The position numbers and the translations under genes are program-made. The notes under the pieces are model-generated. The model did no database searches and was not told the DNA's origin. It was given only the letters and a program-made list of their open reading frames with translations. From positions 1-64,000 of the forward strand of contig PDIP01000031.1 in NCBI GenBank assembly GCA_002811645.1: a stretch of DNA of 64,000 bases, in the 5' to 3' direction. Below are positions 32,022-44,033 of this stretch, piece by piece (positions within the stretch are counted from its first letter, which is position 1; each line of letters starts with the position of its first letter). Source of the DNA: Corallochytrium limacisporum Hawaii. Lineage: Eukaryota > Protista > Pluriformea.

Positions 32022-35000
32022 TCTTGCTTGCGATTGGTTTGTGATCTATTTCAACAGAATCTTAAGCAGATGAGGGGGCTTATTCTATACTTTTCTATGA
32101 TGGAACTTTTTGCAACTAATAGGTGAGCGGGATCAGACGACAGCTACGCACTGACGCCGCGGAGATCCGGAAGTTAATGGATATTACCGGACATGGGGAC
32201 TTTAGGTGGACGTCATACGGTAGATGATGAGAAAGTCGCCCACAAGACCAGGCCTACTTCATCAGTAGTTCATTGCAGTGCTTAACATCAATTCTAACAT
32301 TGGCGATGCACGTTTGGTGTCGATATTGATGATATCCGATATGATACAAGAACATCCCCGATCGGTCAATTAAGGGGTTCCCCTTGGGGGTCATTTCCCC
32401 CCTCGCCCGCTTCCCCCCCTTCCACCAAACCCCTCTCGCCCACCGGACCCGTAGGTGGTAGGAGGAATGGATCCCAGGTAGGTGGTACACGACGTTCCGA
32501 AGGGAGATAAAAACATTAGGGACCTACGTCCCCAAAGTGGAATACATTTACTATAGGGAAATATAGATTCCAGCGGGGGGTACGTTTACACTATTTTTTT
32601 TTCTCCTTTGGCTAATCAGGGATCGTAACGCGCACGGAAGTGGCTGTTTGGTGAAGGAACAGGGAGAAAACGGGAGATATTTTTTTTTTTAACAGTAATA
32701 AGATGATCATCAACCATCATCAGCGTCGCCGCAAAGAACAAGAACGTTGTTGTTCCGCACAGAGCGTGCCCAGCTGTACCAATCTGTGCCTGTGATGGTG
32801 AATTTGATAGTAGTGACAGGTCCAGGCACAGCGTTGGTACACAACGGAAGCAACGATGGAGACAAGGGACGTTGATAATCGTGTCCTTGCCTTGTTGATT
32901 GAAGTTCAGCTGCTGACGATAGGAAGTGCAAATTGGACTGTCTACGCTTTTGCGACTCTACCGGTGCCCTGTTTATTCGCAAATACGCTTGGAGGATAGA
33001 ACCGGTCCGCTTAAGAATTTTCGAATAGTATGCAAACTATAAGATACGCATTCCACCGTTTCTTGCAATCAGTTACTCTTAGGGACAACACACCGGCCGC
33101 TCCGCGTCTGGCCGCGTTCATGGTCGTCCAACAAACCCCCCTCCCCCCCCCCTCCCCGGCGCGGAGGGGAATTCGGCGAGAGGCCGGTTGGCCATTTGTG
33201 GTGCGTGGTTGGGGGGGCCCCCTCCGGGGATGGGACAACAAAAGGGAGGGGGGAGGAAGNNNNNNNNNNNNNNNNNNNNNNNNNNNNNNNNNNNNNNNNN
33301 NNNNNNNNNNNNNNNNNNNNNNNNNNNNNNNNNNNNNNNNNNNNNNNNNNNNNNNNNNNNNNNNNNNNNNNNNNNNNNNNNNNNNNNNNNNNNNNNNNNN
33401 NNNNNNNNNNNNNNNNNNNNNNNNNNNNNNNNNNNNNNNNNNNNNNNNNNNNNNNNNNNNNNNNNNNNNNNNNNNNNNNNNNNNNNGGGGGAGGGAACAG
33501 AAGGACGGTTGGACAGTCGTAGTCGCAGATGTCAAAGCACACGCGCGCACATTCGGATACATGGTATGGTTTTATTTTCTTGTTTTGATGGCTGGTGATG
33601 AGCCAGAATACAGAACTTTCCTTGAGTATAAGCAATTAGACGGGAGGATGGAAGGTTGGTATCAAAGGTCTTGATATGTGGTGGGTTACTCGCCCACTAG
33701 TACTATCGTGTACCAGGGTTACGGACAAGCACGCAAGTGACAGAGATGCGTTTGTGGGGTGAACTCATCGTCATCGAGCAGACCGTATGAGCGAGTGAGT
33801 GTGTGTTCATGGGTGACGGTCTCACTACTCCAATGTCTGCCTTCCTTCCAGTGCCAAGCAGAAGTAGTCCAGGTCTTTCCGCGTTGCTGTCCAACCCCAC
33901 CATGTTCTGAGCGGCAAACCAAGTCTTAAGGGATAAAATCCCCTTCTGTAGCAAGTGTCCTCATGGTCAACACCCGCACTCTTCCGTCATTCGCGCATCC
34001 ACGATGACGGCGATGGACATATTTAAATAGAGCGCATTGAATTCATTTTAGATGCGCACAGTAGTCACGTTCAATGAACAGCAACTGGAGCGACGAGTAC
34101 AACTGTGTATTTCTCTGCACGTGTGTCTTCGACAGCCAGGCGGCGTACTACCGTGGGACGGAAGTGAAAACAGAAACAGATAAGGTCGACTGCAGGCCCT
34201 TTGACAGCATTGACGGTTGTGTGTGAAACATTTGAGGCCACGGTTGGTTGGACATCCATGTACGACTTGCGGTCTGAAATTGTTTGGTTTGCACAACATC
34301 GAGCGCAGAAAGCACTTGTTGATAAGACTGCGTCGCGTTTGGATGTCTTAGTTCGTTTGGAACCGCTCCGCCTTACGTGAATTGCATGTCACAATCTCGT
34401 TTACGCTTGGTTCAATTTCCCCACTGTATTAGTATTGAGACGTGCACAGTGCCTGGCAAAAGTGGATGAGATTGTGCCTTCAACAGATGGGGAGAGCGGG
34501 AAGGGGTGCGGTCCGAAAGAAAGTTGTACGGTCGGGGTCCCGCGACGCTTATCCCCGGTGGATTTGGTTGCATGGATTTGTACGGCTGGTGATTGCGCAG
34601 ATCATGACTACACGCGCACGCACACCTCGTCACCGTAGTCCAGGACCTTGTTCGCAGCATGGTTATAGCTACCTTCCTTTGACACTGAATTGGAGGGATT
34701 TCAATGCGATTCCTCCGGCAACATCCCCAATGCTTGGTGACCATTGATGGTGCGCTTGGCTTGCGCAGTGGCAAGACCCAGGGATACCGAAAGGACACCG
34801 ACCAGAGAGTACTTTTATGTAACCGCACAAACTTAACCCGTTCGGAGTCTGATTGGAGGAAAGGAGCTCATACCAACTTACTGCTATGGGGTTCCGGACA
34901 AATCTTCGGGGGAAATGATGATTAATGCTGAATATGGAATGTATTTTACTAATGCTACACAAATAAGAAGGGATGATGGAAAGAAAGAATCGTTCGAACA

Positions 35001-35075
35001 TACCTATGGAAGTTTTCCGCTTGGTTCGTCATGTTCGACAAGATCATGGATTGTCTCTCTTTTGTGTGTGTGTGG

Positions 35076-35108
<33 letters not shown>

Positions 35109-35162
35109 CGTGATTGCGTGTTCTCGTTTTCATACATGCCCGTGGGCGACCCTGAAGCACCC

Positions 35163-37397
35163 TCAATCCACCTTCTTGTAGAACAAGATGTACGCCTTAG
35201 AGTGACGTACCTGGTCCTCAGTGGCCTCCGTAACATGGTTGTCATTGAAGGAGTACCACTGCCCAGCACCACCGTGCGCAGTCTCGTCAAAGGCAAAGGC
35301 CGTGTAATGACCAGAGCCCATGCCCATGCCATGGTGCACGACAACAGCGCTAAGATCGTAGCGAATGGGTTTTCCGCCACTAGCAGAACTGCTGCTTCCG
35401 GACGCATGAGTCGTGGTGTACGGGCTCATGTCAAGACCTTGCAGTGGAAAATGCACAAAGGTGTCAATCTTGGAGCGAGCCGAGGTCCAGCGGAATCGCT
35501 TCACATGTAAACAAAGCATGGGCGGCAGTTCTGAAATGGTGAACTGTTTCACGCAGCGCTCCCTACGCTTGCAATTACCGCACTCGTATAGTTCATGCTC
35601 ATCCAGCATCTCTTCCTCACAGAACCGAGAGAGCATACCCTCAATGTCGCACTTGGACGTACCGTGGGTCTTCCGACTGTGGTACTCTGGAGGAATATCT
35701 AAGCTGAGATCCAGGAAAAGATCATATTTCTTGGATATGTGACGGCACTTAAGGCATTGCACTTCGTTCAGCAATTGGCCCTGGAATACCTCCTTGATCA
35801 TCGACTGCTTCAGGGATGCCACACGTCGTGTCTTGTACTTTTTAGTCGGGCCCTGAGTGCCGTCTGGCATTGTGCTGAGTTCATTGTGGAGGGTATCCAG
35901 CAGGTAGCGCAGGAATTCGTGCGCATCTTGCTGCTGATAGCCACGGAACCGAGGGACGGTAGCCCAAACGGCCTGGAAAAACTCTTGCGGGCTGAGTGCA
36001 CTCGTGTCGGCACGTACATCCAAGCTGACCATGTCATTGAGAAGCTTCTGCACTTCACCTGCCAGAATCACCTCCCCTTTCTCGTTGGTCGTGGAAAACT
36101 TACGCTTTCCCCGCCTTCCCCGGTTGGCTGATCCTCCCCGCATCGGTGATAGCATTTCAGTAGACTGCTTGTCATTCATGCTGCCGTTGCTTGCGCCATT
36201 AGGCCAGGATGCCGATATCTGCTCTGCTTCCATCGCGGCAGCAGCAGCAGCAGCGGCTGCCGCGAGGGCAGCCCGCTTACCGGGTGATCCGCTCCGGCCC
36301 CGACGACCCCTGCCTCGCGATGATGACTCCTCTGCAAGGGCATCGAGGCTCTGTGTCCCTAGCAGACTGCTCGCAGATTCTGCCCGTCCCGCATACTCAG
36401 CGGCCGCAGCCGCCGCTGCAGCACTCGCAATGTTTCCCCGACTATTCCGATTGCCATTGTTGCTGCTAGTCAAGCCCATGATGCCATGCTGAACATCAGC
36501 GTGACTCAAGAAGAAATTACGGAACTGACGGATAAAGATCAAGCTTTGGAGGACCGCGTTCATGAAGCACGTATTGCCCAGATTGTGCAGACCCAGGGGC
36601 TTTCCGGTGCACAAGGCGCTCCGAGGATTGATCTCTTTGCCATGATAACCAGAAACTAACATTGCCTGACTATCATTGATTTGAGCCGGTGCTGGTGTTG
36701 GTGTCGACCATTCCCGATCGCTGTCAGCGCCTTCTTCACTACCCGCTCGACTAAAGGACCCGCGGAGGCGATCAATGTCTCCTTCCTTTGTGTCATTCAC
36801 TACAAATTCATCGCATTTGTAGCAATGAGCTGCCTTTGTATGGATGTCCAAAACTAAGCAATGGCCCGTAGATTCTGCATGGTGCTTTGCGTGCGCTTTC
36901 TGGTATCGGCCACAGCTGACCCGACCGCACTGCAAGCATATCCACACACTTTCCATTGTACCGCATTTTTGGCATTTTGCACTCTCTGCAAAATCCTCTT
37001 GGCTGAGAATAGGAAGGATCTTGCGAGGGTTAAGTGCTACCTGTACGTGCGGGCACTCCATGTTGCTATCAGTGTAAATCCCGCTGTCTTCGTCACTGGC
37101 TGCTCCGCTGGTTGCAGCGGAGTCCAGTTCGTTTCTGTTGTTTGCTGTTGCGGATAGGGATTCCTTATCCACTGTCGTTGTATTTTTGTTCTGCGTGGAC
37201 AGCTTCTTACCGGATGATCGCAGTCTCACCGATGGAGGAGATCGCGTACCTGCTGCCGCTGCTCTCGTGCCGCCGCGACCCTTGCGTACGTCAAGGGCAC
37301 GCGACGGGTGTACATTAGGCGCCACGGTGACGGTTGTGTATTGTACGGTGTCTAAGTTGACTTTCCTTTGTTGGATAGCGTGACTATCTTGAGGCAA
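35163..37397 (-). CDS. USP3: Ubiquitin-specific protease with ZnF-UBP, USP3-like
   Basis: ZnF-UBP (CPH…WICLQCG…CGRY…HAKHH…CYKCDEFV), Cys box GLHNLGNTCFMNAVLQ, QQDAHEFL, LCLHVKRF, His box HHG…SGHYTAF, FND, AYILFY. Confidence 0.9.
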   Translation of the reverse strand: MPQDSHAIQQRKVNLDTVQYTTVTVAPNVHPSRALDVRKGRGGTRAAAAGTRSPPSVRLRSSGKKLSTQNKNTTTVDKESLSATANNRNELDSAATSGAASDEDSGIYTDSNMECPHVQVALNPRKILPILSQEDFAESAKCQKCGTMESVWICLQCGRVSCGRYQKAHAKHHAESTGHCLVLDIHTKAAHCYKCDEFVVNDTKEGDIDRLRGSFSRAGSEEGADSDREWSTPTPAPAQINDSQAMLVSGYHGKEINPRSALCTGKPLGLHNLGNTCFMNAVLQSLIFIRQFRNFFLSHADVQHGIMGLTSSNNGNRNSRGNIASAAAAAAAAEYAGRAESASSLLGTQSLDALAEESSSRGRGRRGRSGSPGKRAALAAAAAAAAAAMEAEQISASWPNGASNGSMNDKQSTEMLSPMRGGSANRGRRGKRKFSTTNEKGEVILAGEVQKLLNDMVSLDVRADTSALSPQEFFQAVWATVPRFRGYQQQDAHEFLRYLLDTLHNELSTMPDGTQGPTKKYKTRRVASLKQSMIKEVFQGQLLNEVQCLKCRHISKKYDLFLDLSLDIPPEYHSRKTHGTSKCDIEGMLSRFCEEEMLDEHELYECGNCKRRERCVKQFTISELPPMLCLHVKRFRWTSARSKIDTFVHFPLQGLDMSPYTTTHASGSSSSASGGKPIRYDLSAVVVHHGMGMGSGHYTAFAFDETAHGGAGQWYSFNDNHVTEATEDQVRHSKAYILFYKKVD

Positions 37398-40300
37398 GAT
37401 CTTAGACGTTCATTGGTGGTCAAACTGGTCTCTGTATATCAATGCAGGGTACACGAACCACTAACGAACATTATTGTCGCCCACAACAACGATAGTCGAC
37501 GTTTCTTTACAATTAGAATCGTGGGGAAGATGGGAGGAGCAAATATGGGCTCCGTAAATGAATGAATATGTGAGTAGTGCACAAACGAGAAACACCCTTA
37601 TGTATATAGGTAGTATGTCTGATGTACCTATGCAATACAGATTGAGTTTGACGGGGTCCTATGGCCCCTTTCGCCTATTGTAGTAATCGTCGATAAAGAC
37701 CGTCCATGAAAAGATAGAGTGGCTTTCTTCCAGACAAGACTATGAAACACAGAAAACACAGAATACATACTCACGCGCACACCAACGCAGCAGGGTTCCT
37801 CACGGCTCATGTTACGCATAGAAGAGCTCAAGAACACACACACACACACAAAAGTGGGTGCTATCGGCAATATATATATATACATGACACCCTCCGAAAC
37901 GCAGACCTCTTTGTGACCCATCTATTGCGGTGTAGGCGTACAATTCATTATTGTATTTTCAATCTTTCTGAATATTTTTCAAGTGTTTAACTATAGAGTG
38001 GGGCCAACCCAGATGTGAATGGGTGTACGCGTGTGTGTATGTGTGATTTCTAGAAAAATAACACACAGAAAGAAACTCCCTCGCAAGGGAGGCACATGCA
38101 ACGCGTACAACTCTCTCTCTCTCTCTCTCTCCTAACCTAACCCTAACCACCACTCTTGGCATCAAGGATAAGCGGTGCCTCTTCCATTGCCTTTTCTTCC
38201 CCCCTATCCCCCTTCTTTTCTCCTTGTCGCCTTCCACGATGCCGAAGTGCGTGATAAATGAACTGCAACGGGGGCAGGCGCGGCGACCGAATCGGTGAAA
38301 CCAGCAGCAGCGGTTTGTGTGCTCCACGGTTTTGGTACCTCGTCAATGAAAATGTGTTCCCCCCTCCCCTCCTCCCGCCGCCCCCCCCAATTCATTTTAA
38401 ACCATTTTTGTTTTGTTCTCGATGGTTCCCGGCTTTTTCTGGTAGCGGTCTATCTTCTATACATTTCTTCGGCCCTCTTGCACGCCAGCACCTCAGAAAT
38501 AACCGGGCCGGAAGAAGAAAGAGAAGCTCTGGGCAGAGAGGGAGAGACTATAGAAAAAAAAAACGTCGTCGTTCGTTTTGGATTTTTCGGTTGTCGTCGT
38601 CGTCGTCTCTGAAGAACTGCACTTTTGCCCCGGAGGGGGGAGAGAGAGAGAGAGAGAGGGAGAGGAAACGGCGGCGCGGACCTTCTTCAAAGAAACAAAA
38701 AAGAAAAGAAAGAGGCGCCGTAGGCAAGGGATACGTCGAAAAAAAAAAGAAAGATAGACCTGTCTATACCGCCGGAAGGAACAAAAACCCTAGCACCCTT
38801 CAAACTTCCAAATCGAAACAGCCGTGCAACGCAGGAGGAAGACTCGCTTGTGGGCGTGGCGGACAACAGCAAAAGTCAAAAAAGGAAGAAAGGAGGTGGC
38901 CGGGGGAAGGGGTTGTTGTGGAGCCGCCACAAAAAACTATGGGATTAAATAATGAAAGTGACCAAGAAAGGAACAAAAGTATATGAGAAACTTTTTGAAA
39001 ACCTCCGGAAACGGGGACCGATCGGGTGGTTGGGGGAGACGCGAGCGGTGCAAGCGATTGCATTGTAGTCTCCCCCCCTCTTCTGCGCTTTGCACAACAA
39101 CCGTTGTTGTGTGCTGAGAGGCATATCTTGGGAGAGATTTACACCCGACCATCATAGCGAACCCATTCCCTGTTTCTGTAATTGGTCATAAAGGAAAAGT
39201 CGGAGGAAGAAGGGGAGAAGGGGGAGAGGGGAGGGGTTGCGTGCATGTGCGACGCTTGGGGAGCGCAGGAAGGAGTGGTTTGGATGTCAAAGCGATACGA
39301 AGGGGAGGGGAGGAGAGAAGAGGAGACGGAGGGGGGGGGGGCAGAGAGGGATGGCATGACTTGGCACCCGGGTTGACTGACTGAGAGAGACAGTTCCATA
39401 TACTTTATACTGGAAAGAAGTGATGGGGCGGCGACGCTGATAACTTATTGCTCCTGGCATGATGCCGTGTTATGGCAATCGATCGCCCTTGTTGTCAGCG
39501 ATGGGCCTGTCACGGGGTCCTGGAGATTTTGTTCCTCACGCAACGCATGGAATTTCAAGGCCCTTTCTTTCCGTTTTCTGGTCTCCGTCTCGCATTTTCG
39601 GTCCGCCTTTGTCACATCAGTCTCGTGACGATATGTTTTTTTTCGACAATGACAGCGACACCAAGTATAACAGGGAAAGTTGTACATCCTTCCTGACCTG
39701 AAAATGTCATATATTTTCCATAGTCAACAGCCTTACGTCCGCGAAGAACAAACGAAGCGCGGAACACACAACCAAAACGGACCGGACGGGAAAACCAGAA
39801 CACAATGACACCACGAATTGGGGTTTCCAGCCGTAAGCTTGGCGGCTGCCAATGTCAGCAATTATCTTCCCCCTGTCGCACTTTTGCTATTGAATAACAA
39901 TGCGGCCGTCCTTACCGCTACCTTGGGCGCCCGAGATAGAGAATAAACAAGGAGCTGCCAAGAGCGCACCAAGGGGGGGGGGGTTAGGGGAACATCACGC
40001 ACGCACTCACGCACGCACGCACCCTAACCCTTCCCCCCCCCCCTCGTCCTCGTCTTCTCACCCGTTCTCCGCGTCATGATCATCAATTGTGTGTACGTGC
40101 CATTCATTGCATACTTACGCTACTATTGTGTGGTGGGGTTACTGCTGTAACTGCCGGAGTAAACATTTATGACTTTTCTCGCTCTCTCTCTCTCGCTCTC
40201 GTTCTCCCTACTTTTTTGTTGTTGTTTTCGTTTTTGGTTTTTGCGGCCTTGCCCCCGATGGCAGAAAAAAGAAATCACAGACGCAGGTGATGGGTTGCTC

Positions 40301-43300
40301 GAGACCCTTGCTCTCTCCCTCTCCCCCTCCTCTCACGCCCCTGAAGCCCTCCCCCTCCCTGCTCCTTCGTGTACTACCTCGCAGGCCATCGCAGCATTCT
40401 GTTCCCCGTCCTGTACACCAAAAGGGGCCATGTGGTTAGAAAAATAAATAAGTGAAAGAGAAGGATGCTTCTCTGAAGGAGTGGGGTGGAGCGGCGGCAG
40501 TGACTTGTGTGCGGGACTTTTTGCATGTACACTCCCATACATAGGTAGTTGTGTAAATTTCTGACAAACGGAGATGGATGGACGCAACAAGAAAAAACAA
40601 GAGAGAGAAAAAAGTATAACCAGAAAAAGAACATTTGGGGCAAAGAACAACACTGAAACATCACCGTAAATTAGACTCATTAAGAGTGAGATACGGCAAA
40701 TTAAACAAGGATCAACTGATAGTGAATCAGGTGCAATAATTAGGATATGGTATTCTATGTACGGATAGAGAGTCGCGGGACTTCAATTTTGTTTCATATT
40801 TTTGATTCCTTTTTTTTTCTCTTTGGTTCGCGCACAAAAGAAATTTAAAAAAAAAGTTTGGAAGTTTTTCTTCTGCGTGAAAATCCATGGATCTGGACAG
40901 AGAAACACCTAAACATAGACCGAGCACATGGTCGGACACGGGCGTCTATTCAGATCCATAGTGAAAATACGTAAAGTCAGCGAGCCATGTGCTTCAACTT
41001 TTGTGTTTAGGCACCAGACCGTGTGATCGATTTCCGATCACACGGCCGTACGGTTTAAGCACATGTGCTTGCCTAAATCAATAGTGAATGAACCCTTAAT
41101 TTGTTTGATGACCGGAGGAGTTCGTATCGGCGGATTGTTTACGTCGCTGTTTTCTACCGCCGCAAAAGGAGAGGGGGGGGGGCGCACGCGGTCCAACGGG
41201 GGTGACCAGAATATATGGTAAGGTGTATATATTATCATAATTCTTTTAGTTATCTAATACTGAATATGTGGTATTTCGTACTAGTACATATCTACTGCTG
41301 TTAAATATAGAAATAGGGGAATTGTTTTGCCTTTTTTTCGCAAACCCATGGAGAAGGTATGACGAATATTTGCGGGGGTGTCTGGTGTTATGGAACAGCT
41401 CCCCAACCCCCCCCCCCCCGGGGGGAGGGTAATCGGGGAACGGACCTCTCGTTCCAACACACACACACATAAACACACGTCCTTTCCTGACTCGGCTTGC
41501 TGATCCGATCCACTCCAGTATTGACTCCATTAACTTGTATTCATCGCATATAGTGTACAAGAGGATAACGAACACCCACCACCCTCCTCGGTTGGAGAGA
41601 GCGAACGCCGAAGGCAAAAAGTGAAAACCAAAACATTTCACCGAAAACGGTGTGAGGTGGCAGACTAGGATTTTGTTCTTGTTCTTGTTGTTGTTGTTGT
41701 TATTGTTATTGGTTTTTTGTTGTTGTTGTTGTTATTGTTTTGAAAACCCAAAAGAGAAAACAATCAACGGCAGAGGTGGGTACAACACCTTGCTGTGTAG
41801 TCACAACAAACAATGAAAAAGACACAGTGCACACCAGAGAGACCAAAAAAAAGACCCAAAGAAACAAAGAAAAGAGAAACAATCTACTTGGGATCTCTAT
41901 TTCTCTCTGTGTCTTGGCCCGGTGTGAATGTGCACGACGGGGCGGCTGCAAGGGAAGAAAAAGGAAAAACAATCTAGAAATATAGGTCCGTGACAAGGGC
42001 AATCAATTCTTAGAGATATGCACCCTACGCCATCATAAGTTGGCAGACTGTGACATTGGGAAAAGGATATAATCAAGTACGGCAGAGATGGGAACAAGCC
42101 AGCGGTGGGGGGGAGAAGGGGGGAGGTTTTACGGCAAAAATTGCTTCGTTCGCGCAGTAGTCCATTTTAGAAAAGAAAAAAAATGGCGCGACGGAAGTGG
42201 GCGCCGCCAGCAAGGAAAAGTTAAACAAAGGAAACAAACATGGAAAGCGGGGTGGGGGGAGCAGGGGTGCGAAGGGAAACACCCAGACAGGGAGAAAAGA
42301 AGGGGAGCAGCGAGTAAGGAAGGAGAGAGATGTAAGAACCAAAATGGGAGGGTGCGAGAGACAAGTTTAGGGTTAGGGGAGAGAATTTGCCGGAGATTGG
42401 AGAGAAAGGGGAGGCCTAATCTCTGCCAGGTCGACGGCAGCTTTGGGTGACGGGCTGTCCGGTTGCTCACCAACAAAGAATGTCCTGGGCATGCTGCAAT
42501 CGAGTACACAAAGGCAACTGATTAAGTATGAAAATATGTGGTTGACTTCGTGGTGGTGGAGGGGGAGNNNNNNNNNNNNNNNNNNNNNNNNNNNNNNNNN
42601 NNNNNNNNNNNNNNNNNNNNNNNNNNNNNNNNNNNNNNNNNNNNNNNNNNNNNNNNNNNNNNNNNNNNNNNNNNNNNNNNNNNNNNNNNNNNNNNNNNNN
42701 NNNNNNNNNNNNNNNNNNNNNNNNNNNNNNNNNNNNNNNNNNNNNNNNNNNNNNNNNNNNNNNNNNNGGAGGGGGGGGGGAATGAGAGACTGTGTATTGC
42801 GTCAGACAGGCGTCACCTACTGTTTGCCGGTGTTTTGGGTTTGAATAGTTGCCCCCTCCCCCCCCTTGTGATCAACGGTGACACCTGCCGGACGTTCCGT
42901 GCCGCGGGGACTTTTCCATTGCAACATGTTCAGAAAGCCATCGAAAGATGACTGTGCTAGTATTGCTCTTGAAAGAGTGGCGTCAGAAGACCATTACGAA
43001 TATTAATTCCATCCACAAGGGACCGTCGGCCCCTTTTCCCTCGTGAAGCCATGTGAAGGGAGTCCTTGCCTCTCTGCCGACGGCTGGCGTTTTCGGTACT
43101 GAATGGATGGAGATTTTCCCAATGGTCTTGCCTATCACGCTCCGAGTTTGGCGCCAAACCAGCAAAACAAGGGCACAGGATATTTAGAAAACTCAACCGC
43201 GGGCCTCTCCCGGTTAGGGGAGGGAGGGGGGCTGGGTAAGTTTAGGCTTGGGGACAGTCCTTTGGAACGAGCGTAGGCTAATGATCATACGGTCCACGGC

Positions 43301-44033
43301 TTCTTAGTCAGTCATCATTGGTCGTGTCCGGGAGTCATCGCAAGTGGGAGGTCCAGGTACATAAAGTGGTTCTTCGCAACCACAAGCTCACATTCTCTTC
43401 GTTCCGCCGAGTTCGTTGACGACATTCCTTGCACCCCAAGCCCCCCTCCCCCCACTTTTGCACCTCAGAACAGTAAGGAGAGGGAAACTCCGCCTCCCGG
43501 CTTGAGCGCCGTGTTAGCCCTGCCCCTGCTTCTCTGCATCGTTCCCCCCTTCTCCCCCCCCCCCCTTTCTTTTACCCTGATAGAGATGGGGTCCGGTCGG
43601 TCCATTGTTGATAAACATGCATGTGACGGGGGAACGCTTGTCCCGCACACACGAGTAACGCTTTCCGATGGTGAGCGTGTATTGTCACCTATAGCTGGTC
43701 GGTCACCAATAGAGGCTCCCTCTACCTACGGGCGGCTGTTACTTCCCCCTCCCAGCCCTTCCCATCCTCGTTCCCTGCGCCAGTGAAGCCCCGGGCCCGG
43801 GGGCCCGGAAAGGGGGGGGGTGTGGAATTCGCAAAAGGGAGTCCATTTAATTTGCCACTGTGCCAGTGCAGAGGGGGCCGTGTTGGGTTTGCCAGAACAT
43901 AATATGGCCATGCATTGTGCTGCAAATGATTCGCAGTCTGAAAACACGCACACTCGGATACGCACACGGCAACACACGTTTCTTGATACTCTCTTCTTTA
44001 TTTAGATCCGCAATTACCACGGTACCTATAGTC

